DNA of 41,190 nt from assembly GCA_002245135.1 (NCBI GenBank), contig NGBS01000892.1, positions 62,001 through 103,190 on the forward strand. Reading direction: 5' to 3'. This document shows positions 1 to 13,441 of this stretch, in pieces; positions within the stretch are counted from its first letter, which is position 1; every line of letters starts with the position of its first letter. The DNA is from Proteromonas lacertae (lineage: Eukaryota). Under the pieces are notes generated by a model that did not search any database, was not told the origin of the DNA, and saw nothing but the letters and a program-made list of their open reading frames with translations. A program made the position numbers and the translations under genes.

Positions 1-3000
1 ATATCAATGAATATTTTCCATTTCCATCAGATGTACATAATGAATGAATATTATCACCATTATTAGTTGGAGTAATTGATTCAATTGTTTTACTATTATC
101 TTCTTTATTCACAACAGAATATGAAGATTCTTCTATTCCATATTTACCAGAATGATAATTAATTTCATAGAAATAATCTGAACAGATTATATTTAATTTG
201 AATTTATATTCTCTATATCCATTTCTTGTATATCTTCTTATAGTAATTGGATAATTAAACACTGGTCTAATTGAACTTCCAGATATTATATTATTATTCA
301 ACATTAACCCTTCTGGTAATGAAGATGAAGTATAAATAGAATCTAAAGTTGATGAACATATTATATTGATATTTTTATTTACTTGATAATCATTATTATG
401 TTGACATTCAAATAATGGATTGGTTTCATCTTTCATTTCTTTTATTCCTATTTCAATTGTTGTGGTGATTTTAGGAATTATTTCATCACCTTGAGTATAT
501 GGACCACTTTCAATCACATAATATTTCATCTCACTTTCAACTAATCCAATTCCATTTATCTCACCATTTTCAATATTCAGTTTCAAACCCATTGGTAATT
601 CTGGATAGATTGAATATCTTGTTGAATCACTTTTAGCTACTCCTAATGATGAATAGATTATTGGATTATTATTAGGAATTGGGAAATATAATGGATATAA
701 TGAATATGTAAAATTATAGGTTAATAAAGATTGAGATATATATCCAACATAACTATCATCAATTAAATTTGCATCTGCTAATGATCTTGCATTCGCTACA
801 CATTGATAAGCAGGAGAAGTAATATTGGGTCTTCCACATCCAAATTCTAAACTTCCTACTACTCCTGCAGCACTGGTGCCTTGAACTTGGCTGCTACATA
901 CTCTTGCACCTAGGGATTTCCATGTTGTACCTTTTGTTATCAAATAGGAACTAACTGTTCCTCCTACATAAAAACCACCTGTTGATGTTACTCTTGTTAT
1001 ATAACCATTAAATAGAAGAAGACTCTGTTTAGTAAAATCTACTCCCAGATTATTCCAAAATTCATATCCACTTCGATATCCTACGATCTTTTGAGTCATT
1101 TTATAATATAATATGGCAGAAGAACTTGGAGTTACAAGAGCGTCTGTATCACGATAGCTTCCAGCTATACTATTTTCAGTACAACTTGTTTTATCAAAAT
1201 TATCTTTATAATAAGATGAGAAATATCCAGGAATATAATTTACACTAGAAGAGTATTTAAATTTAATTGCAACTGAACTAGAACTGTGAGGATTACTTCC
1301 TGTTATTATAACATCAACAGGATTTCCACTTGCTGTTCCACTGATTTTACAGGATGAACTATCTAATGATAATCCACTTCCTATTGTACCATTTGATACA
1401 CAAGATGTTAAACTGCCTTCATAGATACTTTCAAATAATACAGATTTACTTCCAAATAATATCATCTCATTTGTTTCATAATGAAGAAATTGTAATGGAG
1501 AGGATGATGGATTAGGCATATCTTCAACACTCAATTTCAAGGGAATTTCGATTGATTTGCTTTTCAATAAACATTTTATCTTATATTCTTTCATTTCAAT
1601 TTCACTCACATAACCATTCGAATAGATTTTACCATTCGATTTTATTGATATGTTCGAAGGAAGATTTTGATCTGATGATATTGAACAATCATGAATTGGA
1701 TTACTACATTTTGGTTTTAGGATTCTAAATTCATGATTTATTGGAATTTTTATTCCATCTTCTACAACAATTCCATAATCACATTCAGTGTCTTTATCAT
1801 CATAGATTTCTAATAGGATTTTCTTCTTCATCATTACTTCATCTTTTATATAAGATATCTCATAAATTCTTTCAAACATTGTTTCTTCACTCATTCCTAA
1901 TATTACACATTCAGATGATAAATATAAACCATTTGGTAAATTTTCTTCAATTGAACAATAAGAAATCTCTGAATCTTTTTCTTCAGATGATAAGATCTCT
2001 AATTTAGTTAACTCATTTACATAGATCTTATATAATGATGGTTCTTTTATCATTATTGAGTTTATTGAAGATCCATAAGAATTCGAAATCTTTATGAAGA
2101 TTTCTTTCTCATATATTTCTTCTCCAACTATTCCACTTATCACACATTTAGAATTATCAAATACTAATCCTTTCATTGATATTTCATTTAGAAATTCACA
2201 ACTGTTTCCACCATTTATTATTGTGGGATTTATATATACTTTTGATCCTCTCACTAATTCATATACTTCATTTCTCAATATTGGTAAACTACTACCATAA
2301 TCAATTAAATCGATTTTCAATAATATTGATTCTTGTTCATCATACAATTCACCTCTTTTCACTAGATATAAATCATTTATTAATATTTCATATTCGATTC
2401 TTTTACTTTTATCTAATAGATTCATTTTGATTTTATAATTTAGTCCATTCAATGTATGATTTTTATATTCTCCATTTACATTTATGGTTGTTTCAGTTAT
2501 TATTTCATCAAATGAAGATATTCTACATTTTACTTCAGAATCTCCTTTCACTTTTATCGAATAATCAAAACCACTATTTGCATAACTAAATTTGATTGTC
2601 GTCTTTGAATATCCAGATTTGGAATATCGAATTATTGTGGATATTGTATTGGAAGTAAATAATAATGGTTTTCCACTTATTACACTAGTTCTATTATCAA
2701 TTGATAAGCCAAGAGGTAAATCATTACTGAAATATAAATATTTATTCACATCGCTATTTGACAAGCAAGCTTCATTAAATTCACCAATTGGAAATGGAAT
2801 ATTAAATTTTGAATTTTGACATTCAAATAATGGATTGGTTTCATCTTTCATTTCTTTTATTCCTATTTCAATTGTTGTGGTGATTTTAGGAATTATTTCA
2901 TCACCTTGAGTATATGGACCACTTTCAATCACATAATATTTCATCTCACTTTCAACTAATCCAATTCCATTTATCTCACCATTTTCAATATTCAGTTTCA

Positions 3001-6000
3001 AACCCATTGGTAATTCTGGATAGATTGAATATCTTGTTGAATCTGTTTTAGCTACTCCTAATGATGAATAGATTATTGGATTATTATTAGGAATTGGAAA
3101 ATATAATGGATATAATGAATATGTAAAATTATAGGTTAATAATGATTGAGAAGTATGTTGAACATAACTATCATCAATTAAATTATTATCATCAGAAGAT
3201 GATTTACATGCAACGCATTGATAAGCAGTATTAGTATTTGGTTTACCACATCCAAATTCTAAATCTCCTATTATTCCAGCATTATAACCTCCATTTAAAT
3301 GTGCGTTACAATTTTGATCTCCTAATGAGCCATAATTTACAACAGCTGTTTTTAAAGATGAACTAACTGTTCCTCCTACATAAAATTCAGAAATATCTCT
3401 AACAATATAACCATTAAATCGAAGGATACTAGCTTTAGTAAAATCTACTCCCAGATTATTCCAAAATTCATATCCTAATCGATATCCTACGATCTTTTGA
3501 GTCATTTTATAATATAGTACTGAATCAGAAGTGGGAATTACAACTGCATCTGTTGGACGGAAAGCATTATCTAAATTAGCTGCTACACAAGTTGATTTAT
3601 CAAAATTATCTTTATAATAAGATGAGAAATAGCCAGGAATATAACTAGCAGTTGAAGAATATTTAAATTTAATCAAAATTGAACTAGAACTGTGAGAATT
3701 ACTGCCTCTTATTATAATAATATCAACAGGATTTCCACTTGCTGTTCCACTGATTTTACAGGTTGACATATCAAATGATAATCCACTTCCTATTGTATCA
3801 TTTGATACACAAGATGTTAAACTGCCTTCATAGATACTTTCAAATAATACAGATTTACTTCCAAATAATATCATCTCATTCGTTTCATAATGAAGAAATT
3901 GTAATGGAGAAAATTCAGCATTAGTTATATCTTCAACACTCAATTTCAAGGGAATTTCGATTGATTTGCTTTTCAATAAACATTTTATCTTATATTCTTT
4001 CATTTCAATTTCACTCACATAACCATTCGAATAGATTTTACCATTCGATTTTATTGATATGTTCGAAGGAAGATTTTGATCTGATGATATTGAACAATCA
4101 TGAATTGGATTACTACATTTCGGTTTTAAGATTCTAAATTCATGATTTATTGGAATTTTTATTCCATCTTCTACAACAATTCCATAATCACATTCAGTGT
4201 CTTTATCATCATAGATTTCTAATAGGATTTTCTTTTTCATTAATTTATCATTTTTTATATAAGATACTTCGTAGATTCTTTCAAACATGGTTTCTTCACT
4301 CATTCCTAATATTACACATTCAGATGATAAATATAAACTATTAGGTAAATTTTCTTCAATTGAACAATATGAAATCTCTGAATCTTTTTCTTCAGATGAT
4401 AAGATATCTAATTTAGTTAACTCATTTACATAGATCTTATATAATGATGGTTCTTTTATCATTATTGAGTTTATTGAAGATCCATAAGAATTTGAAATCT
4501 TTATCAAGATTTCTTTCTCATCGATATCTTCTCCAACTAGTCCACTTATCAAACATTTATTATTATCAAATACTAATCCTTTCATTCTTATTTCGTTTAG
4601 AAATTCACAACTGTTTCCACCATTTATTATTGTGGGATTTATATATACTTTTGATCCTCTCACTAATTCATATACTTCATTTCTCAATATTGGTAAACTA
4701 CTACTATAATCAATTAAATCTATTTTCAATAATATTGATTCTTGTTCATCGTACAATTCACCTCTTTTCACTAAATATAAATCATTTATTAATATTTCAT
4801 ATTCGACTCTTTTACTTTTATCTAATAGATTCATTTTGATTTTATAATTTAGTCCATTCAATGTATGATTTTTATATTCTCCATTTACACTTATGGTTGT
4901 TTCAGTTATTAATTCATCAAATGAAGATATTCTACATTTTACTTCAGAATCTCCAATAATTAGAATGGAATAATCAAAGCCACTATTTGCATAACTAAAT
5001 TTGATTGTTGTTTTAGAATATCCAGATTTGGAATATCGAATTATTGTGGATATTGTATTGGAAGTAAATAATAATGGTTTTCCACTTATTACACTAGTTC
5101 TATTATCAATTGATAAGCCAAGAGGTAAATCATTACTGAAATATAAATATTTATTCACATCGCTATTTGACAAGCAAGCTTCATTAAATTCACCAATTGG
5201 AAATGGAATATTAAATTTTGAATTTTGACATTCAAATAATGGATTGGTTTCATCTTTCATTTCTTTTATTCCTATTTCAATTGTTGTGGTGATTTTAGGA
5301 ATTATTTCATCACCTTGAGTATATGGACCACTTTCAATCACATAATATTTCATCTCACTTTCAACTAATCCAATTCCATTTATCTCACCATTTTCAATAT
5401 TCAGTTTCAAACCCATTGGTAATTCTGGATAGATTGAATATCTTGTTGAATCACTTTTAGCTACTCCTAATGATGAATAGATTATTGGATTATTATTAGG
5501 AATTGGAAAATATAATGGATATAATGAATATGTAAAATTATATGTTACTAAAGATTGAGATATATATCCAATACAACTATCATCTAATAAATTATTATCA
5601 TTTTCATTAAATTTACTAGCTACACATCGATAAGGAGGAGATTCAATATTTGGTCTGGCACAATTCAATTGAATTGGTAAATTTACAGTATTAGCTCCAG
5701 AGCTTGCTCCATTTAATCCTGATGTACAACCAGCACCATTTGTCAAATTCCATATGCCATTTGTAACTGTAGTTTTTATATAAAATGCTACTGTTCCACC
5801 TCCATAAAAATTACCACATGCCTTACTTACATATCCATCAAATTTAATAATACTAGATTTGGTAAAATCAATTCCCAAATTATTCCAAAATTCATATCCT
5901 AATCGATATCCTACGATCTTTTGAGTCATTTTATAATATAATTTTGATTCTGAACGAGGATGTATAATAATGTTATTTAATTCACAAGTTGTTTTATCAA

Positions 6001-9000
6001 AATTATCTTTATAATAAGAGGATAAAAATCCTGGAATATAAAATTCAGCTTTGCTATAGAATAAAAAAGAAATAGAAAATGAACTAGAACTGTGAGGATT
6101 ACTTCCTGTTATTCTAATATCAACAGGATTTCCACTTGCTGTTCCACTGATTTTACAGGTTGACATATCAAACGATAATCCATTTCCTATTGTAGCGCTT
6201 GATGAACAGGATGTTAAACTGCCTTCATAGATACTTTCAAATAATACAGATTTACTTCCAAATAATATCATCTCATTCGTTTCATAATGAAGAAATTGTA
6301 ATGGAGATGAAGATGGAGAAGAAATTTCAACTATACTCAATTTCAAGGGAATTTCGATTGAATCACATATTATTATATATTCACTTTCATTCATCAAATC
6401 ACCTATTCCATTTGTGGAAATTTCACCATTCAGTTCATTCAGATTCAATCCATCAGGAAATTTCATTCCATCTTTCAATATACATTTTGAAAATACAGAA
6501 TTGCATTTTGGACCTAATATTCGAAATTTATGATTTAATGGGATTTTTATTCTATTATCATCTACTCCATAACTACATTCACTTAATAATCCATCACTTA
6601 TTCCAATATATACATTCTCATATAATGTATGACCTTCATAATTGTAGATTATTTCATATTTCATTGGTTTTTCTATTCTATCAGGAATTCCAACTATTTT
6701 ACAATTCTTTGATACTCTCATATTTCCACTTAATTCTGGAATTATTTCACAATATTTAAATTCTTTTTCTATTGAACTTAATGTTATTACATTTGAGAAT
6801 GGTTTATTAACATATCCAATTGTTGTTTCTTTTGTATTAATCAACAATTTTGTTCCATTTTCTCCATGAGAATTTTCACATCTTATTTCTATTTCTAAAT
6901 TCAATATTTCTTCATTCATATTTACATTTATCATTCCTGTTTCAGAATTCACTTTCATTCCATTTGGTAAATTTATTCCATAACAATTCTTACCTCCATT
7001 CTCTATTATTGGATAGATTTGAAAATCAATATTTCTTGAGAATGTAAATTTTGAACTATCATATTTTATATTTGGAATTGAATCTCTTAGTAAAGATAAT
7101 GAAAATTCACTTTCTTCTAATGGATTTATATCTCCTCCTTTTATTATTTCATTATTCTTTGTTGAGAGTTTATACCATCCACCAAGATTCTTGTTATTAT
7201 GTTTAATTGTTAATGAAATATCTGGATTGGTTAAACATTTCTCAAATATCAATTCTTTATTTAATTCACTTAAATCAGATGTAAATATTTCATTTCTTTC
7301 ATTCATTATTCTTATTTCTGTATTATTATCAGCTATATAATATGTTAATAATAAATAGTTATCACATGATGTTACTTTAAAAGAAATATAACATTTTTGA
7401 ATTTCATTGGGTGTTAATCTGAATATTAAACTCATTGTATTTGTTATATCATTTGGTGCAATTCCACTTATTTCACCTGTATTTTCATTAATAGTAATAC
7501 CATTAGGAAGAGTGTATGAATAATATTTTTGTTTTGATAATGTATCTGAAGGAGATAAAGAAACAGATCTTCCTGGAATAACATTCACTTCATTTGAATT
7601 ATAGGAAAATGTTGATTCTTTAAACATTTTATTTATTCCAATTTGAATTGTAGTAATAATTTTAGGAATTATTTCATCACCTCGAGTATATGGACCACTT
7701 TCAATCACATAATATTTCAACTCACTTTCAACTAATCCAATTCCATTTATCTCACCATTTTCAATATTCAGTTTCAAACCCATTGGTAATTCTGGATAGA
7801 TTGAATATCTTGTTAAATCACTTTTAGCTACTCCTAATGATGAATAGATTATTGGATTATTATTAGGAATTGGAAAATATAATGGATATAATGAATATGT
7901 AAAATTATATGTTACTAAAGATTGAGATATATATCCAATACAACTATCATCGACTAAATTATTATCATTTGTATAAGATTTTGATGTAATGCATTGATAA
8001 AGAGGAGATTCAATATTTGGTCTGGCACAATTCAATTGAATTTGACCATTTATAGTAGATGCACCACTACCTGATCCAGCTAATTTTGATCCACAATCAG
8101 AGTTTGAATAAGTCCATATACCATTTGCAGCTGTGGTTTTTATATATGTTGCTACTGTTCCACCTCCATAAAAATTACCACATGCCTTACTTACATATCC
8201 ATCAAATTGAAGAATACTAGATTTGGTAAAATCTACTCCCAGATTATTCCAAAATTCATATCCTAATCGATATCCTACGATCTTTTGAGTCATTTTATAA
8301 TATAATTTTGATTCTGAACGAGGATGAATAATGATATTATTTGTATCACAAGTTGTTTTATCAAAATTATCTTTATAATAAGATGAGAAATAGCCAGGAA
8401 TATAACTTATACTAAGAGAATATTGAAATTTAATTGCAATTGAACTAGAACTATGAGGATTACTTCCAGTTATTCTAATATCAACAGTATTTCCACTTGC
8501 TGTTCCACTGATTTTACAGGTTGAACTATCTAATAATAATCCATTTCCTATTGTAGTACTTGATGAACAGGATGTTAAACTGCCTTCATAGATACTTTCA
8601 AAGGAAACTGGTTTGTTTTTAAATACTACCATCTCATTTGTTTCATAATGAAGATATTGTAATGGATATAAAGATGGAGAAGAAATTTCAACTATACTCA
8701 ATTTCAAAGGAATTTCGATTGAATCACATATTATTATATATTCACTTTCAATCATCAAATCACCTATTCCACTTGTTGAGATTTCACCATTCAGTTCATT
8801 CAGATTCAAACCATCAGGGAATTTCATTCCATCTTTCAATATACATTTTGAAAATACAGAATTACATTTTGGTCCTAATATTCGAAATTTATGATTTAAT
8901 GGAATTCTTATTCTATTATCATCTACTCCATAACTACATTCACTCAATAATCCATCATTTGCGACACCTAATTCTATTGTTTCAACTTGATAATTAACTC

Positions 9001-12000
9001 CATTGTAGTATAATATTGAATATTCTTTCAAGAATGATTCTTCTATTGGATTTCCTGATATTTCACAATTCTTTGATAAGATTATTCCTGATGGTAATGG
9101 AGATGTAGATTCACAATATTCAATCAATTGATTTGGATATACTATAGGAGTTGGATTAATTACCTCATTTACTTTATATCGATATATTATCTCTGATTTT
9201 ACACTGAACTTAATAGATGTTTCATATTCGCCAAAATCATTCATCACTTTTATTATACATTCTTTATTATCAATCTCTTCAACAGGAATTCCACTGAATA
9301 TTCCATTTTCTACATCAAATTTCATTCCTTTTGGAATATAACTTGCTACAAATGATTTACCTCCATTTATTACTTTTGGCATTATTTCGATTATTGGTTT
9401 ATTCATTTTTAATTCATATTTTAGATTTTCATATACTATTATTGGTTTTTCTATACTATTCAATAATAATGTTAAAGTTCTTTTCATCAAGGGATATAAA
9501 TTAACACATTCAAAATAAAGATGATTTGAATTATAAATCTTTATAAATCCATTTGATTTGGATATTTCATTATTTTCTATCTTTATTTCGATTTTATTTG
9601 AATATGATGAAACTGCAATTTGATATGATTTTATCATATTTGATTCATCACTCTCTATTGTAAATATCTTTACATCACTTTCAAAGATTTCTATTTTTGT
9701 GTTTGGAAATATAATAAAAACAGTTAATTCGAAGAATTCTGTTGATGAAGTTGAGGATGAAAATATTAATTCTTTTCTTCTAATTCCAGATTTACTTCTA
9801 CTATATATTGTTGATTTTTCATTCAATAATGCATTTGTAGAAACACCACTTATCATTCCATTTTCAGAAATACTAATTCCATCAGGTAAATCTAATGAAT
9901 AAAATATTGAATTACTAGCTCCATTACATTGAATATAAATATTCTCATATGGATTAAATGTGATTGGATCTGTTCCATTGCATATAATTTCACCATTATC
10001 GATTATTGAATTACTAATTCCAATCTGAATTGTTGTGGTGATTTTAGGAATTATTTCATCACCTCGAGTATATGGACCACTTTCAATCACATAATATTTC
10101 AACTCACTTTCAACTAATCCAATTCCATTTATCTCACCATTTTCAATATTCAGTTTCAAACCCATTGGTAATTCTGGATAGATTGAATATCTTGTTAAAT
10201 CACTTTTAGCTACTCCTAATGATGAATAGATTATTGGATTATTATTAGGAATTGGAAAATATAATGGATATAATGAATATGTAAAATTATATGTTACTAA
10301 AGATTGAGATATATATCCAATACAACTATCATCGACTAAATTATTATCATTTGTATAAGATTTTGATGTAATGCATTGATAAAGAGGAGATTCAATATTT
10401 GGTCTGGCACAATTCAATTGAATTTGACCATTTATAGTAGATGCACCACTACCTGATCCAGCTAATTTTGATCCACAATCAGAGTTTGAATAAGTCCATA
10501 TACCATTTGCAGCTGTGGTTTTTATATATGTTGCTACTGTTCCACCTCCATAAAAATTACCACATGCCTTACTTACATATCCATCAAATTGAAGAATACT
10601 AGATTTGGTAAAATCTACTCCCAGATTATTCCAAAATTCATATCCTAATCGATATCCTACGATCTTTTGAGTCATTTTATAATATAATTTTGATTCTGAA
10701 CGAGGATGAATAATGATATTATTTGTATCACAAGTTGTTTTATCAAAATTATCTTTATAATAAGATGAGAAATAGCCAGGAATATAACTTATACTAAGAG
10801 AATATTGAAATTTAATTGCAATTGAACTAGAACTATGAGGATTACTTCCAGTTATTCTAATATCAACAGTATTTCCACTTGCTGTTCCACTGATTTTACA
10901 GGTTGAACTATCTAATAATAATCCATTTCCTATTGTAGTACTTGATGAACAGGATGTTAAACTGCCTTCATAGATACTTTCAAAGGAAACTGGTTTGTTT
11001 TTAAATACTACCATCTCATTTGTTTCATAATGAAGATATTGTAATGGATATAAAGATGGAGAAGAAATTTCAACTATACTCAATTTCAAGGGAATTTCGA
11101 TTGAATCACATATTATTATATATTCACTTTCAATCATCAAATCACCTATTCCACTTGTTGAGATTTCACCATTCAGTTCATTCAGATTCAATCCATCAGG
11201 AAATTTCATTCCATCTTTCAATATACATTTTGAAAATACAGAATTACATTTTGGTCCTAATATTCGAAATTTATGATTTAATGGAATTCTTATTCTATTA
11301 TCATCTACTCCATAACTACATTCACTCAATAATCCATCACTTACACCTATCTTCACTATCTCTGTAAAAGTTCTTCCATCAATCAATTCATATTCAAATG
11401 TATATTCTTTCATATAAGATTTAACACTTGGAATTCCTTGAATACTACAAGATGAACTAACTGATAAACCATTTGGTAATATTTTATCACTTTTACAATT
11501 CTTTACTTTTCCTTTCACACTTATTCCTCTTACACCTATTACTTCATCTCCTACATAAAACATTAAACCAAAATGACTTGTAAATAACATTTTAAACTCA
11601 ACTGATTCTTTGTCTTTTATACATTTTACTATCACTTCTTTTATTTCAAATTCTTTGTTTATTTTGCCAGTAAATACACCATTTGTAAATGTCATACCAT
11701 CAGGAATATAATTTGTTGTATAACTATCACAACCTGTACTTTCAGTAGGATTTATTGTATAAGAATTACCAACAGTGAAATTAACAAAATATTCATCATA
11801 TTTAAGAGACAAGGTAGGTTCATCTGGTAATACTCTAGATACTGATTCTTTATCAGGTAAGATATTCACATCAACACATACCACTTTTGATTTGGGATTT
11901 TCTGAAATACCGAGTGTTAAACCTAATTCAAGATTTTCATTATCAGCTTTACATGATACTAAGAAGTTGGTTGCTTTCATTATCTCATCTGTTCTTCCAA

Positions 12001-12228
12001 CAAGAGTACAGTTTTCTGTGATTGATAAACCAAAAGGTAGATTTGGTGCTATTCTGCATCTATTGATTTTTGTTGAACAATTAATCAAACTTAAATCAAC
12101 AGATTGATCAAGTGATAAACAAATTGACTTAGTTTTCTGCGCGCAACCAGCAAAAGTTATGCCTAAAATAGAAATAAAGATATACTGAAGAAAGCACTAA
12201 TCAAAATGAATGTACAAACGATATACAT
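1..12228 (-). CDS. Giant modular secreted/surface protein (>4,060 aa, 3' end outside window): tandem Ig-like (He_PIG/cadherin-like) domains plus five PA14-like variable domains
   Basis: Exon 1 is ATG TAT ATC (12228-12220), then a 23-nt intron gtttgt..ttag (12219-12197), giving the signal-peptide-like start MYICFLQYIFISILGITFAGC. The same frame was read by hand at 12196-10000, ~5900, ~3400, ~1000 and 58-2. The track reports no stop-terminated minus ORF below 12377, as expected if the frame never closes. Ig-like motifs recur: PNLPFGLSITENCTLVG, LPNGLSVSSSCSIQGIP, YPELPMGLKLNIENGEING. Domain names come from motif recognition, not an HMM search. Confidence 0.9.
400..11340. repeat. Five intragenic modules with ~2.4-kb period
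   Basis: The anchor ttaggaattatttcatcacct occurs at 471, 2886, 5295, 7662 and 10044. Spacings are 2415, 2409, 2367 and 2382 nt, all multiples of 3. Blocks ~7662-8958 and ~10044-11340 are nearly identical, as are ~1530-2886 and ~3940-5295. Confidence 0.95.
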
Positions 12229-12376
12229 ATCAACCAATAAAATATTCAAATATCCCAAAATTTTGGTTGAATAGATCCATACCCCAATTTTTGAATTACG
12301 TTTTTAAAAAATATTGAAAAATGATAATATACTTATTAAATTGATTAAATTATTTCTATTATATAAACCTTTTATT

Positions 12377-13441
12377 TCATTTATTCATTCTACTTCTTGT
12401 TTTGTCTCTGTGACGTTTATTGTGTTTCATTTCATGTTTACACTCTCTTTCATGTTTATACATATCACCAAAGGATGTAAATATTTTTTTCTTACATATT
12501 TTACACTTAAATCTTGGAGATCTACTCAAATCAAATTCATTCAACGAATAAATTATATCATATAAGCAAGTCCTTATAACTATAAACTTATTCATAAAAT
12601 AACTAGGAATTTCAACATCTTTAAATTGTTTTATAAATCTTTGATATTTTGTTAAAATTGGAAAAGGATGAAGTGATTTATATTTAATAAACCATATACC
12701 AAATTCATTCATAGACATTATCTTTGTTTCTAAATCCAATACACTATCAGGCATAGAAATAATATCATTTTTACTAATTTGTATGTCTAAAACATCAACT
12801 GCAAAATCTGCTAAATTCTCTAATAGTATAATTGATTGGTTTTCTGATAGACAGTGGAAAAAAATGAATAAAATATGCAAAACTACATTCGGTGAAGTCT
12901 ATCAAAATATAATCACATTATTCAAATATACCATTGGATTTTTTATAGCTTCAATTAACATATGTAATTCATTAATCACTTTTTCATTGTGTCTTCGGTT
13001 CAATTCACTATTGCTTGACGGATAATCATAATTTGACATATACTTCTGTATTATATCTTTCAACATCACATTTCGATCTTCTTGACGGTTTATCTCTTCA
13101 TGAAAAAACTTTCTTTCGAGTAGATATCGCCTTACTACAGATTGAATTTTTATTGCACTAAGTATTTGATACGACTATTATTCTAAAAATATTATAGAAC
13201 ATACATAAGAGCTTTTTCGTTTCGTTGAATACCCTATTAAACAGTTACTTATATTTACTTGAGATGTTAACGCTTCATATTCTTCACTACCACCTGTGCG
13301 CTCTTTATGACTACTACGTGATGATGATAAATGGTAGGATTGAACCTTTATTGTGTGAATGTTGCGATTGTTAGTAATGTTGTATAAAAATGGAGATGAA
13401 CCATCTTTACTCGTAGTAGATTTACAGGAAAACCTCTTCAT
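12377..13441 (-). CDS. IQ-motif + C-terminal C2HC zinc-finger protein (paralog A), 2 introns
   Basis: Splicing joins ORFs 13178-13441 and 12377-12880 through a middle exon with AIKIQSVVRRYLLERKF (IQ-like). The C-terminus has CKICKKKIFTSFGDMYKHERECK followed by a basic/His tail. Confidence 0.75.

Noticed and set aside
720..10830. Diversity-generating retroelement (TR/VR) explanation for the variable cassettes
   Set aside because: Differences involve all four bases and include indels, so they are not adenine-specific. No reverse transcriptase is present in the window.
400..11340. CRISPR-like repeat/spacer array or LTR element
   Set aside because: The period is ~2.4 kb and fully coding in one frame. 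No cas, integrase or RT genes, terminal repeats or target-site duplications are visible.
1741..12107. Plus-strand ORFs of 64-186 aa in the track
   Set aside because: They are antisense shadows of the giant minus-strand frame, are H/F/L/I-rich, and repeat with the modules.
1..12228. Pseudogene or alternative genetic code to explain the lack of a minus-strand ORF call
   Set aside because: The frame reads without stops under the standard code wherever checked and simply runs off the window. PP2A and G-alpha also translate normally.
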